A stretch of DNA of 64,000 bases. It comes from an uncultured Gemmatimonadales bacterium (GTDB taxonomy: Bacteria; Gemmatimonadota; Gemmatimonadetes; Gemmatimonadales; Gemmatimonadaceae). The stretch lies in assembly GCA_963851265.1 (NCBI GenBank), contig CAWKNZ010000007.1:544001-608000 (forward strand). The letters run 5' to 3'. Shown here in pieces: positions 52,223 through 62,384 of this stretch (its first letter is position 1; each line of letters begins with the position of its first letter). Below the pieces are notes generated by a model. The model did not search any database, had not been told where the DNA came from, and worked only from the letters and a program-made list of their open reading frames with translations. The translations under genes and the position numbers were made by a program.

Positions 52223-52911
52223 CGGACCTCGTGCTCGACGTGCGGGACGCCCGCCGCGACTACACCGTCGGCTCGGAGCCGGTGCACGCGCTGCGCGGCG
52301 TGACGTTCGGCGTGGCGCGCGGCGAGTGGGTGGCGGTGGTCGGCCCGTCGGGGTGCGGCAAGTCGACGCTGCTGCACCTCATGGGCGCGGTCGACCGCGC
52401 CACCGGCGGCCGCGTGGTGATCGACGGGCGCGACGTCGGCGCGTTAGGCGACCGCGACGCGACGGCGTTCCGCCTGGGGCACGTCGGCTTCGTCTTCCAG
52501 CGGTTCTACCTGCTGCCGATGCTCACCGCGCGCGAGAACGTCGAGCTGCCGATGGCCGAGGCGGGGGTGAAGGCGGCGGAGCGGCGGGCGCGGGCGCGCG
52601 ACCTGCTCGGCTACGTCGGGCTCGCCGGCCGCGAGGGGCACCGCCCGTCGCAGCTGTCGGGCGGCGAGCAGCAGCGGGTCGCGATCGCGCGCGCCCTCGC
52701 CAACCGCCCCGCACTCCTCCTCGCCGACGAGCCCACCGGAGAGCTCGACGCGCGCACGGGGCGCGAGATCATCGACCTGTTAGGCCGGCTGAACGCGGAC
52801 GGCACCACGATCGTGGTCGTCACGCACGACGACACGCTGGCGCGCGCGGCGCGGCGGCGGATCCACATGCGCGACGGGGTCGTGGAGCAGGACGAGGCGG
52901 CGCCGTCGTGA
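52219..52911 (+). CDS. ABC ATP-binding protein (LolD-like)
   Basis: [41 protein letters not shown]. Confidence 0.95.
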   Translation: MTDLVLDVRDARRDYTVGSEPVHALRGVTFGVARGEWVAVVGPSGCGKSTLLHLMGAVDRATGGRVVIDGRDVGALGDRDATAFRLGHVGFVFQRFYLLPMLTARENVELPMAEAGVKAAERRARARDLLGYVGLAGREGHRPSQLSGGEQQRVAIARALANRPALLLADEPTGELDARTGREIIDLLGRLNADGTTIVVVTHDDTLARAARRRIHMRDGVVEQDEAAPS

Positions 52912-54452
52912 TCGCGCTCCTCGCCTTCCGCAACCTCCTGCACCGGCCCTGGCGCTCGGCGCTACTCTTCGTGGGCTACGGCCTCGGCGTGGGCGTGATG
53001 GTCGTCCTGCTCGCCATCGGCGAGGCCCTCATCGCGCAGGCCTCGCGCGAGCAGCTGGTCGGCGGCGGGCAGATCACCGTCCTGCCCGAGGGCGTCGACG
53101 TGGAGGTGCTCAAGACCGGCGGCCTCGGCGGCATGTACTTCTCGATCCCCAACGCGCGCTTCGTCCAGCTGCAGCTGCTCGGCGCGCCGCGCCTCGCGCC
53201 CGATGTGGCTGCGGTCGCGCCGCAGATCGACGGCAAGCTGCTCTACCTCGAGACGCCGGCGCGTGCGGGGCGGCCCGGCCGCGAGGTGCCCGTGCGCGCC
53301 GCGGGCGAGATCCCGTCGGCCACGCGCGCGGTCGGCGGGCTGCCCGTCATCGACGGCGCGTGGCAGGACGACGACGGCGACCGGCGCTGGGCGGCGCCCT
53401 CGCCCTTCGAGCTGCGCAACGCGATCGACCACTTCCACCTGCCGCCCGCGGGGCTCGCCGCCCGCGCGAGTTGGGCCGAGTGGCACTACTTCAACGTGCT
53501 CTCGGACGACGGCGCGCGCTGGGCGTTCGTGACGCTCATGGTCGCGGGCGACGTGGGCGCCCCCGACAGCGCCGGGCGGCCGCGGTGGGGCGGCCAGGTG
53601 CTCGTCACCGTCCATTCGGCGGGCGGCGCGGCACGCCGCTTCTCCGCGCGATTGCCGCCCGGCGTGGTGCGATTTTCCACGCACGACGCCGACCTCAGGA
53701 TCGGCGACGCAGGGGTTCGCGTGCTGCCGGACGGCCGCTACGCCGTGCGGGCACGCGCCGTCGCTGAGGACGGCTCGGGCCGGGCGGCGACCGTGGACCT
53801 CGTCGTCGCGCCGGCTCCCCGCGCGTACTTCCCGGGCGCGACGCTCGAGAGCGGCGATTTCAGCTCCGGCTACGCCGTCGCGGGGCTGCGTGCCGACGCC
53901 TCGGGCGCGATCTGCGCGGCGGGATGGGGACGCGCCTCCGGCGGTTGCGAGACGTACGCGGGCGCGCAGAGCTACCACGACCACAACTGGGGCGTGTGGC
54001 GCGGCGTCACGTGGGAGTGGGGGGCCGGCCGCGGCGGCGCGTACACGCTCCTCTACGGCCGCGTGCAGCCGCCGGACTCGTTGGGCACCACCGCGCCACT
54101 CTTTCTCTACCTCGTCGACTCACTCGGCTTTCGCGCGCTGTTCCGGCCGCGCACCATCGCGTACGAGGACGGGCGTACGGTGACCGTCGATGGGCGCACC
54201 GTGCGCGTGCCGTCCCGCGGCGTCCTGGAGGACGCACGCGGCGCGGACACGCTGCGCGTCGAGCTCACCGTCGAGGACGCGACCGCGACGGACACGCGAC
54301 GCGGCCTGGTCGACCGCGGCGAGGCGGAGTATGCACGCCGCCTCGCGCATCCGTACTTCGTGCAGATGAAAGGACGCCTCCGCATCACCGGCCGCGCGGG
54401 CGGGCGGCCGGTGGCGGGGGAAGGGCGGGGATTCTTCGAGACGTACCGATAA
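52908..54452 (+). CDS. MacB N-terminal TM/periplasmic segment fused to an AttH/CrtC-like lipocalin domain
   Basis: LAFRNL.HRPWRS + TM, then EWHYFN and SYHDHNWG...WEW. Confidence 0.75.
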   Translation: MIALLAFRNLLHRPWRSALLFVGYGLGVGVMVVLLAIGEALIAQASREQLVGGGQITVLPEGVDVEVLKTGGLGGMYFSIPNARFVQLQLLGAPRLAPDVAAVAPQIDGKLLYLETPARAGRPGREVPVRAAGEIPSATRAVGGLPVIDGAWQDDDGDRRWAAPSPFELRNAIDHFHLPPAGLAARASWAEWHYFNVLSDDGARWAFVTLMVAGDVGAPDSAGRPRWGGQVLVTVHSAGGAARRFSARLPPGVVRFSTHDADLRIGDAGVRVLPDGRYAVRARAVAEDGSGRAATVDLVVAPAPRAYFPGATLESGDFSSGYAVAGLRADASGAICAAGWGRASGGCETYAGAQSYHDHNWGVWRGVTWEWGAGRGGAYTLLYGRVQPPDSLGTTAPLFLYLVDSLGFRALFRPRTIAYEDGRTVTVDGRTVRVPSRGVLEDARGADTLRVELTVEDATATDTRRGLVDRGEAEYARRLAHPYFVQMKGRLRITGRAGGRPVAGEGRGFFETYR

Positions 54453-54454
54453 CG

Positions 54455-54492
54455 CCGCGGGGGCAGCCGGCTGGTGCCGGCTGCCCCCGCGG
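54455..54492. terminator. Bidirectional terminator hairpin
   Basis: 17-bp inverted repeat CCGCGGGGGCAGCCGGC-tggt-GCCGGCTGCCCCCGCGG between convergent genes. Confidence 0.8.
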
Positions 54493-54510
54493 TCGAGCCC
54501 GTGGCTCCGA

Positions 54511-55545
54511 TCAGATCCGGTCGCGGCCGGTGACGTCGTCCTTCAGGTTGCGCGCCGCGTCCTTGGTCTTGTCGAGCAGCGACTCGTGCGAGCGCGCGTT
54601 ACCGAGCGTGTCGCTCGTGTTCATCGTGCCGCCGGAGCCGGCCGCGTAGCCCGCCTGCTGGTCGAGCCCTTCGGTGACGAGGCGCTCCTTACGCAGATCC
54701 GCCTCGACCGTCTGGTTGTCGGAGACCTCACGCGTGCGCACGAGAACCTCCTCGGTCGGCACCACGCGCTTGTCGATGACCGCCTCCTCGCGCGTGAGCG
54801 GCACGCGAATGGTCTCCTCGCCGATCCTCAGGTCGCCCGTCGCATCGGCCGCGGAGAGCGGGCGGCGCTCGATGGTGACCTCGTCGCGCATGAGGCCGAC
54901 CTGCTGCTGCACGTGCTCGGTCTCGACGGTCTTGCGCAGGTTGACCTCGCCCGCCTGCACCTGACGCTTGCCTACGGCGAGCTGCTCCTCGCTCAGCGTG
55001 AGGCGGCGCTCCTGGCCCCGGCCGTACGCGTCACGGGCGTAGTCGCGCACGTCGTCCCACTTGTGGCCCGTGTTGCCCTGGGATTCCCATCCGCTGCGCA
55101 GGTGCGGCTCGACGTCGTCGAAGTGCCGGCCGGCGTAGTCCGGGTTCATTCCGGCCACGTGGCCGAGCTGGTACGCCGGGCGGGCCTGGTCGTAGTTGCT
55201 GGACGACGCGGACGACGCGGACGACGTGCCGCCCAGGCCGCGGCCCGAGCGCGACGAGTACTGGTCGCGGTAGTACGTGTCGTCGTTGTCGAACGAGCTC
55301 GCCGCCTCGGATACGGCGCGCCCCGTCCACCAGCCGCCCGCCGCGCCGGCGATGCCGCCGATGATCGTGCCGAGCGGGCCGCCTAACGAGCCGAGCGCGG
55401 CGCCCGTCGCGGCGCCGGCGAGACCGCCCGTCGACTCGCCGACGACGTCGCCGGTCGTCGAGGGGCCGTCGTGCGGGCCGAGGGCCCGGTCGGCCGCGTT
55501 CGCCGTCTTGTTGCGGAGCGAGTTGTCGTTGTAGTTGTCAGCCAT
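54511..55545 (-). CDS. Glycine-zipper + YsnF/AvaK (DUF2382) stress protein
   Basis: LSEEQLAVGKRQVQAGEV.LRK.VETE, IRVPLTREE. Confidence 0.85.
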   Translation of the reverse strand: MADNYNDNSLRNKTANAADRALGPHDGPSTTGDVVGESTGGLAGAATGAALGSLGGPLGTIIGGIAGAAGGWWTGRAVSEAASSFDNDDTYYRDQYSSRSGRGLGGTSSASSASSSNYDQARPAYQLGHVAGMNPDYAGRHFDDVEPHLRSGWESQGNTGHKWDDVRDYARDAYGRGQERRLTLSEEQLAVGKRQVQAGEVNLRKTVETEHVQQQVGLMRDEVTIERRPLSAADATGDLRIGEETIRVPLTREEAVIDKRVVPTEEVLVRTREVSDNQTVEADLRKERLVTEGLDQQAGYAAGSGGTMNTSDTLGNARSHESLLDKTKDAARNLKDDVTGRDRI

Positions 55546-55575
55546 GGTCGTGATCCTCTCTGGTTGAACGGTGAG

Positions 55576-56658
55576 TTAACGATCCCTGGTCGAGCGGGTG
55601 GTACCTGTGGCAGCAGTCGTACCAGCGTCGCGCACGAGCCCGGCGGCGCGGGCGCTCGCGTCGTCGATCTCCACCCGTTCGCGCCGCACGTCGCCCGCGA
55701 CGGTCTGCTGCTCCGTCACGGCGTGCTTGCGGATGATGATCTGCTCGACCGGGACGAGGCGCTTCTCGACGACGAGCCGCTCCTCCATCACGGGGATGCG
55801 GATCTCGCCCTCGCGGGCCGGCTCGGCGTCGAGCTGCGCCGCGTCGGTGATCGGGCGCCGCTCGACCGTGACCTCGTCGCGGGTCGTCGCGACCTGCCCC
55901 TCGACGTGGCGCGTCTCGACGCTCTTGTGCAGCGCGACCTCGCCGGCCGGGACGACGCGCTTGCCGACGGTCAGCTCTTCCTCGGCCAGCGTGATCCGCT
56001 GCGCGCCGCGGTCGGCCGGCGCACCGCCCTGCGCGCGACCCTGCGCGCGCCGCGGCGCGTAGAGACGCTGGTCGTCGTAGTCCGCGTGCTCGTAGTGATC
56101 GGCGTGATCGTGTTCGGCGTGATCGGCGGCGGCCGCGCCAGCCGCCGAGGTGGCCGCCGAGGTGGCGGCTAGGCCGCCCGCCGCGGCGCCCGTCGCCGCC
56201 GCGCCACGCAGGCCGCGGTCGCGATGGCGGTCGCGGAGCGTGCGCTCGTACTCTCGCGAGATCGACTGACCGCCGTAGCGCGGCAGCCCGGCGATCTGCT
56301 CCAGCGTGTAGCCGTCGACGAGCACGCGGTCGTCCTTCTCGTCGAGCTGGACGTTGCCGATCGGCAACAACGTATGCCGGTCGTTGTCGACCGTCGTGCC
56401 GGCGCCGTGGCCGCGGCGGGCCGCCCCGGCGACGGCGCGGTCGACTTCGACGTCGAGGTAGCGCACGCGCAGCGCCGTCGTGTCGACGATCAGATCGCCG
56501 ACCGTGCCGACGGACTGCCCGTCGGTCGTGCGGACGTCCCAGCCGCGGATGTCCGGGTAGCCGTCGGCCACCTTGAACTCATCCAGGTCGTTGAGCCGGC
56601 CCAGATGCGACGCGTCGCCGGTCGCGCCGGTCGTGCCCCTCATGTGCGATGAAGCCAT
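55576..56658 (-). CDS. PRC-barrel + DUF2382 protein
   Basis: PDIRGWDV...VGTVGDLIVD...VRYL; LAEEELTVGKR; IPVMEERLVVEKR. Confidence 0.88.
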   Translation of the reverse strand: MASSHMRGTTGATGDASHLGRLNDLDEFKVADGYPDIRGWDVRTTDGQSVGTVGDLIVDTTALRVRYLDVEVDRAVAGAARRGHGAGTTVDNDRHTLLPIGNVQLDEKDDRVLVDGYTLEQIAGLPRYGGQSISREYERTLRDRHRDRGLRGAAATGAAAGGLAATSAATSAAGAAAADHAEHDHADHYEHADYDDQRLYAPRRAQGRAQGGAPADRGAQRITLAEEELTVGKRVVPAGEVALHKSVETRHVEGQVATTRDEVTVERRPITDAAQLDAEPAREGEIRIPVMEERLVVEKRLVPVEQIIIRKHAVTEQQTVAGDVRRERVEIDDASARAAGLVRDAGTTAATGTTRSTRDR

Positions 56659-56932
56659 GCGGATCGTCCTCCGTGGGGAATCAGCGTTACTGCCCGGATC
56701 CGGTCCTCGCGCGGGCCGCGTGCGCGGCGCGCACTTGCATCACCAGCGGCGCGGTACCCGCGGCCGTGAAGCACTCCTGCACGGTCCCACGCTGCGGGAT
56801 GTGCGACCGCGACGACTCGCGGCGGTTGCAGATCGCCCGCGTCGGCGCCACGTGCGCGCTGTCGAACGGACCGCGCGACGGCGCTCGAACCGCCACCCGC
56901 GGCGGTGTCGGCGATCGCCGCGCCAGGCCCCG

Positions 56933-57109
56933 TCACGGGCGGCCCGTCGCGGCCGGCGCTGTCACCGTCGAATCGGCCGTCCCCGCCGCGCTCGCCAACG
57001 GTCGCGGGCGCAGGACGAGGTAGGCAAGTACGCCCGCCGCCAACAACACGAGCAGCAGGAGTAGCGCCCAATTCCGACGTTGCTTGCGTTCGATCCGGAT
57101 CTCGGCCAT
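56933..57109 (-). CDS. Small single-TM protein
   Basis: MAEIRIERK...WALLLLLVLL; GAGGG RBS. Confidence 0.65.
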   Translation of the reverse strand: MAEIRIERKQRRNWALLLLLVLLAAGVLAYLVLRPRPLASAAGTADSTVTAPAATGRP

Positions 57110-57240
57110 CGGGCCCTCGCGCGCGTTGGGGGTGGGAGGCTCGCCGGCTTGCAAGGACTCTGCCGGGAAGAGGCCGCGGTGCGCTCGGATTGGTAACGAT
57201 CCGAGATCTTCGCGACGGCGTGGGCCGCTGTGGCACACGG

Positions 57241-57278
57241 GCTACGTTAGGCGGCCCGCTTGGAACGCCTAACGTAGC
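57241..57278. repeat. 13-bp inverted repeat built from a GTTAGGC/GCCTAAC pair (possible terminator)
   Basis: GCTACGTTAGGCG-(12 nt)-CGCCTAACGTAGC about 50 nt after the stop at 57330. Confidence 0.75.
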
Positions 57279-57329
57279 TCACGCGCTACGGCCTGGTGCG
57301 GCCGCCCGCGCGCCCGAACGAATTGCCGG

Positions 57330-58106
57330 CTACGCGGCGCTGCCGCCGCCGCTCCCGCCGAGTGCGCGACCCGTGAGGTCCTCCGCGCCGCCCACCGCCC
57401 GACCGCCCATCGTGCGGCTGCGGTCGTACGCGCTCCGCGCGTAGTCCCGGATCTCGTCCCACTCGCCGTGGCGCGAGCTCACGTCGGACGTCCAGCCGCG
57501 CCGCAGGTCGGGCTCGATCTCGTCGAAGCTCCGCCCCGAGTAGTCCGGGTTGCGGCCCGCGAGGTGGCCGATCTGGTACGCCGGGCGCACGTCGTCGTAG
57601 TTCCGCGTCGTGCCACTCATTCCGCTCGACGCGCCGGTTGCCTGCCCGGCACCCGGGCCGGCCGCGCTCAGATCACCCGGCATGCTCAGGTCGCCCGAGG
57701 CCCCGGCACCGGCATGCACCCCCATCACGCCCGACGCACCGGCGGCCGCGTCACGCGTACGCGACGACGCCGCGCCGGTGTAGTGGGAGCGGTAGTACGC
57801 CTCGTCCTCGTCGGTGGCGTGGCTGGCGGCGTCCGAGATCGCCCGGCCCGCCCACCAACCGCTCACCGCGCCCGCGATCCCGCCGATGATGGTTCCCACC
57901 GGCCCGCCGAGCGAACCGAGCGCCGCGCCGGTGAGCACGCCCGAGATGCCGCCCACAGCCTCCCCGACCTCGTCGCCGGGGTTGCCCGCGCCCACGTCGC
58001 GGTCAGTGCCGAGATCCGTCCCGGCGGTCGTGCGCGGCGTCGCGGCGGTGTCCCGCCCGCTGAGCCGGTCGTTGAGGCGGTCGTCCATGCGATCGTTTGC
58101 GTCCAT
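57330..58106 (-). CDS. Glycine-zipper protein, paralog of the N-terminal part of 54511-55545
   Basis: GAALGSLGGP.GTIIGGIAGA..GWW; RPAYQ.GH.AG.NPDY.GR.F. Confidence 0.8.
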   Translation of the reverse strand: MDANDRMDDRLNDRLSGRDTAATPRTTAGTDLGTDRDVGAGNPGDEVGEAVGGISGVLTGAALGSLGGPVGTIIGGIAGAVSGWWAGRAISDAASHATDEDEAYYRSHYTGAASSRTRDAAAGASGVMGVHAGAGASGDLSMPGDLSAAGPGAGQATGASSGMSGTTRNYDDVRPAYQIGHLAGRNPDYSGRSFDEIEPDLRRGWTSDVSSRHGEWDEIRDYARSAYDRSRTMGGRAVGGAEDLTGRALGGSGGGSAA

Positions 58107-58188
58107 TGGTGTCTCCTCGAGAGGATGTCAGCTGCGAAATGAGACGGGTCCCCGCACGCGAACGGTTCGCGCGGCGTGGGCCCGCGTA

Positions 58189-58992
58189 CTACGCGCGCTC
58201 GACGCGGTCGGCGACGGCCGTCCGCACGCCCGCGTGTGCTGCGTCGGCGCCCGACGCGCCCGCACTCGGCCCGTCGGCGCTCGGCGCGTCGTCCGGAACG
58301 CTCGCGAGGCCGTGGCGCGCGCGGTCGAGCTCCACGGGGTCGACCGCGCTCCCGCCACTCCCCACCACCGAGTAGTCGCGGCGCTCGCCCGCGCCCTCGG
58401 CACGGGCGTGCCCGTAGGCGTCGTGCACGTATTGGCGCACCTGGTCCCACGAGCCCATCCCGGAGTCCACGTCGCGCCACCCCTCGCGCAGCGCGGGCTC
58501 GGCTTCCGCGAACGATTGCCCGGCCAGCCCCGGCTCCGACGCCGCGACGTGGCCGAACACGTACGCCGCGCGCACCTCGGCGTAGGAGCGCCCAGACGTG
58601 GGCGCGGCCTCGTACAGCGCGCGGTAATGCTCGTCGACCTCGGTGGTGAACCGTCCCCGCTGCGCGTCCTCGCCGAGCGCGGCACCGGCCGCCGCCCCCA
58701 GCGCGGCGCCGGCGACGGCGCCGACGCCCAACGTGACGGCGCCCGCGAGCGCGCCGGCCTGCAGTCCTGCCATCGTGCCGGCCGCCGCACCCGCGACGGC
58801 GGTGCCGGCCTTACCGCCGGTGGCACGCACGCCGCCGTCCGACGGGGCGCCGGCCGCGCTCGCGGTGCTAGCCTCCGCAGCACCCGTGCTCCCTGCGGCG
58901 GCCGCGCGGGCCGCGTCGTGCGCGCCCGCCGTCTGCGACGCGGAGGCGCCGGGTTCTGTGGGGCCGAATCGTGGATCAGAGCTGGCAACCAT
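58189..58992 (-). CDS. Glycine-zipper protein, third paralog
   Basis: GAVAGAALGAAAG; HYR.LY, RAAYVFGH, F...EP.LR.GW, W..VR.Y...AY; GAGGAGG RBS. Confidence 0.78.
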   Translation of the reverse strand: MVASSDPRFGPTEPGASASQTAGAHDAARAAAAGSTGAAEASTASAAGAPSDGGVRATGGKAGTAVAGAAAGTMAGLQAGALAGAVTLGVGAVAGAALGAAAGAALGEDAQRGRFTTEVDEHYRALYEAAPTSGRSYAEVRAAYVFGHVAASEPGLAGQSFAEAEPALREGWRDVDSGMGSWDQVRQYVHDAYGHARAEGAGERRDYSVVGSGGSAVDPVELDRARHGLASVPDDAPSADGPSAGASGADAAHAGVRTAVADRVERA

Positions 58993-59176
58993 GAAGCCTC
59001 CTCAGAAGCGCGTGGGGACCGACGCGCGTGCGGGCGAACGAGGCCGCCCCGTCGAGAACGCCTGTCGGGGCGCGCGACGGGGCGCAATTTCAGGGCCCAT
59101 CGACGCAGCGGGTCGGGATTACCACGCATTCGCTTCGACTTGACAGCGTGTGCGTCGCCGCCCCATTTGGTCGCGT

Positions 59177-60082
59177 ATGCACCCAACTCCGCCGCCGTCG
59201 CCGGCGAGCACCTCCGCGTCGTCGCCGCCGACCGCGCCCGCCCTCGCGCGCGTGCGACTCGGCACGCAGGGCTGGAACTACGACGCGTGGACCGGTGTGT
59301 TCTACCCGACGGGTACGCGCGCCGCCGACTACCTCGGGGTTTACGCGCGCGCCTTCGATGCCGTCGAAGTCGACTCGACGTTCTACGCCGTCCCGTCCGA
59401 GAAGACGGTGCTGGGCTGGGCCGCGCGCACGCCGCCCAGCTTCCGCTTCGCACTCAAGCTGCCGCAGGAACTCACGCACGAACGTCGTCTCCGCGGAGGC
59501 GACGACGTGCTCGAGACCTTCCTCGCGCGCGCGCGACTCCTCGGACCCAAGCTCGGGCCGGTGCTCGTCCAACTCGGCCCCGACTTCGGGCCCGCCGAGC
59601 TGCCCGCGCTCGCGCGCTTCCTCCCCAAGCTGCCCGCCGACGTCCGATTCGCCGTCGAGTTCCGCGACCGCGCGTGGCTCGCCGACGGCGCGCTCGCGAC
59701 GAGCGTGCTCGCGCTGCTCGTCGATCACGGCGTCACGCCCGCGCTCTCCGACGGGCGGTGGATCCCGCGGCGCTGGGTGCTCCGCCTCGCCGAACGCATC
59801 GTCGAGCGCGGGGCGGGTGCGGCCGGCGTCGCGTACGTCCGGTGGATGGGGGCCAACCGCGACCTCGTCGACTATTCGCGCATCCAGATCGACCGCACGC
59901 GTGAGCTGGACGCGTGGGCCGACGTCCTGCGCGCGCTCGCGCCGGCGACGGAGGGGGTGTACGGGTTCGTGAACAACCACTTCGCCGGCCACAGTCCGCA
60001 GAGCGTGCGCGACCTGCAGCGTCGGCTCGGGCTGCGCAGCGTGCGGCCGGAGGAGCTGGGCGAGCAGCTCACCCTGCTCTGA
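59177..60082 (+). CDS. DUF72-family protein
   Basis: LGTQGWNY..W...FYP, VEVDSTFY, FRFALKLP..LTH, FAVEFR, YVRWMG, NNHFAG. Confidence 0.92.
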   Translation: MHPTPPPSPASTSASSPPTAPALARVRLGTQGWNYDAWTGVFYPTGTRAADYLGVYARAFDAVEVDSTFYAVPSEKTVLGWAARTPPSFRFALKLPQELTHERRLRGGDDVLETFLARARLLGPKLGPVLVQLGPDFGPAELPALARFLPKLPADVRFAVEFRDRAWLADGALATSVLALLVDHGVTPALSDGRWIPRRWVLRLAERIVERGAGAAGVAYVRWMGANRDLVDYSRIQIDRTRELDAWADVLRALAPATEGVYGFVNNHFAGHSPQSVRDLQRRLGLRSVRPEELGEQLTLL

Positions 60083-60115
60083 ACGCGAACGGGGCGGGGG
60101 AGGGGACGGCGTAGA

Positions 60116-60892
60116 TTGCCGCGCGACCCTCGCCCCGCGCCCGTGTCCCGCCGCCTGCTCGTCTTCGTCCTCATCTCGATCGCGGCCGCCGCCGTCTGCG
60201 TGCGGCTCGGCATCTGGCAGCTCTCACGCCTCGCCGAGCGCCGCGCGCACAACGCCGCGCTCGCGGCGCACCTCACGATGGCGCCGGTGGGTTACGCCGC
60301 GCTCCCGCGCGACTCGGCCGGGCGCCACTACCGCCGCGTCACGGTCGCCGGGCGCCCGGATTACGCGCGCGAGTTCGTCCTCGCCAACCGCACGCGCGAC
60401 GGCGCCCCGGGCGTGCACGTGATCACCCCGGTGCGCGTCGGCGTCGGAGGGCCCGCGGGCGACACGCTCGTCCTCGTGGATCGCGGCTGGTTCTACTCGC
60501 CTAACGGCACCGACGCCGACCTCGCGCGCACGCGAGAGGGCGACTCGCTCGCCGTCACGGGCTACGTCGAGCTGCCGTCGCGGCGCCCGGGACCCGCCGG
60601 CCTGACCGGCGCGGGCGGCGCGGCGCGCGCCTACCGGGCGTACCGCTACCTCGACCCCGCCGCCGTCGCGCGCGACATCGGCGAGCCGGTGACCCGCGAC
60701 TACGTCGTGGCCGAACCACTCGCCGACCAGACCCGCCCGCCGTACGACCGGCTCAAGCGGCTCCCCACGCCCGAGGTCACCGACGAGGGGCCGCATTTCA
60801 GCTACGCGGTCCAGTGGTTCTCGTTCGCGACCGTGTCGCTCGTCGGCGCGGCGGCGTTCGTCCGGGCCGAGCGGCGTAAGGGCCGGGGCTGA
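60116..60892 (+). CDS. SURF1-family protein
   Basis: LGIWQL.R, G.HVITP, LVDRGW, HFSYAVQWF. Confidence 0.9.
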   Translation: MPRDPRPAPVSRRLLVFVLISIAAAAVCVRLGIWQLSRLAERRAHNAALAAHLTMAPVGYAALPRDSAGRHYRRVTVAGRPDYAREFVLANRTRDGAPGVHVITPVRVGVGGPAGDTLVLVDRGWFYSPNGTDADLARTREGDSLAVTGYVELPSRRPGPAGLTGAGGAARAYRAYRYLDPAAVARDIGEPVTRDYVVAEPLADQTRPPYDRLKRLPTPEVTDEGPHFSYAVQWFSFATVSLVGAAAFVRAERRKGRG

Positions 60893-60912
60893 CGCCGCCG
60901 CGCGGCCCCAAC

Positions 60913-61314
60913 TCAGACGGCGGCTTTCGTCACCGGCTCGCGCCCGGTGATCATCCCCGACAGTAGCAGGCCGAGGCCGAGGAACAGGTGCAGCCCGACG
61001 TCGTTGCCGCCCAGCGGGACGAGCCCGAGTCCGTCGGGCAGGACGACGCCGAGCGCCGCCAGCACGAGGTAGACGAGCCCCGCGCCTAACAGGAAGGTGC
61101 GCGACCCGCCCATCCCGCGCGCCGCCAGCAGCCCCCACGCGCCGAAGACGAGGTGCACGCAGTTGTGCACCACGTTCACCGGAAAGAGGCCGAAGAGGTG
61201 CGGCGCGGTAATGTAGCTCGGGTCCATGCTGCCCCCCGTCGCGGCGAACCCGGACAGGCCGACGAGGACGAACGCCCATCCGAACAACTGCGAGATCCGC
61301 TGTGCTGCGCGCAT
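60913..61314 (-). CDS. DUF4383-like membrane protein
   Basis: LFGLFPVN.VHN.VHL, four TMs. Confidence 0.82.
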   Translation of the reverse strand: MRAAQRISQLFGWAFVLVGLSGFAATGGSMDPSYITAPHLFGLFPVNVVHNCVHLVFGAWGLLAARGMGGSRTFLLGAGLVYLVLAALGVVLPDGLGLVPLGGNDVGLHLFLGLGLLLSGMITGREPVTKAAV

Positions 61315-61408
61315 CCGGGATACCTGTGTGACGCTGCGTGAATCGTGGCGAGGGAACGCGAGCTGTCTGGTGCAAACGGCTTGCCCGCCCGGCCCATCGC
61401 GGCGCCGG

Positions 61409-62377
61409 TCAGGCCGTCGGTCCCCGTGAACGCACGGCGAGCAAGCCCACGGCGAGCGCGATCAGCACCCCACCCGCGAACGTTCCCGCGCCCACCGGCT
61501 GGCCGAGGGCCACGGCGCCGAGCATGGCCGTGAAGAACGGCTCGACCGTCGACACGATGGCCGACCGCACTGGCCCCAAGCGGGCGAGCCCGGTCAGGAA
61601 CGCGATGAACGCGAGCACGGTGCACAGGAGCGCGAGCACGCCGATCGCGAGCCACGCCGCAATCGGCAGCGCGACCAGCGGCGCCCCGCCCGCCGCGGCA
61701 GGCCCCGCGAACAGCAGCGCCGCCCCGGCGCAGACGAGCGCCGACGCCCCGATCGGGGTCAGCCGCGCCTGCAGCGCGCCCAGGTATGGGATGTAGAGCG
61801 CGTAGACGACGGCCCCGGCCAGCGCGAGCAGGATCCCGGGAAGCACGCCGCCGACCGCGCCAGTGCCGGAGCCGGCTCCCGCGGCTGTACCGGGCAGCCC
61901 GATGGTGCACGCGATCCCGACAAGGGCGAGTGCGAGGGCGGCCAGCTTGCGCCCGTCGAGCCGCTCGGTCCCCCGCACCGCGGCAACGAGCGCGACCCAC
62001 GCCGGATACGTGTAGAAGACGAAGCCGAGCGTGCCGACGGTGATCCAGTGCAGCGCCGACAGCGAGAGAAACGCGACGCCCGCCTGCCCGAGTCCGCCCA
62101 CGGCCACCGCCGCGAACTTCGCCCTGGCGGTCGCGGCGCGCGGAGCGCCCGCGGCGCGCGCACTCAGCGCGCCGAGGCCCACGGCGGCGATGGCGTAGCG
62201 CCAGAACAGCACGCCGGCGAGGGACGCGCCCGGGTGCCCCGGCGTGCCGCGCGTCGCGACGACGATGAGCGTGCTGATCGACCCGAAACAGCAGGCCGCC
62301 GCCGCGACGCGCACGGCGCCGCCGGCGAGCCCCGCCCGCGCCGTGCCGGCCGGCTCCGGGGCCGCCGCGGCGCTCAC
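61409..62377 (-). CDS. EamA/DMT-family transporter
   Basis: About 10 TMs, FYTYP, STVEP. Confidence 0.88.
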   Translation of the reverse strand: MSAAAAPEPAGTARAGLAGGAVRVAAAACCFGSISTLIVVATRGTPGHPGASLAGVLFWRYAIAAVGLGALSARAAGAPRAATARAKFAAVAVGGLGQAGVAFLSLSALHWITVGTLGFVFYTYPAWVALVAAVRGTERLDGRKLAALALALVGIACTIGLPGTAAGAGSGTGAVGGVLPGILLALAGAVVYALYIPYLGALQARLTPIGASALVCAGAALLFAGPAAAGGAPLVALPIAAWLAIGVLALLCTVLAFIAFLTGLARLGPVRSAIVSTVEPFFTAMLGAVALGQPVGAGTFAGGVLIALAVGLLAVRSRGPTA

Positions 62378-62384
62378 GCGCGCG

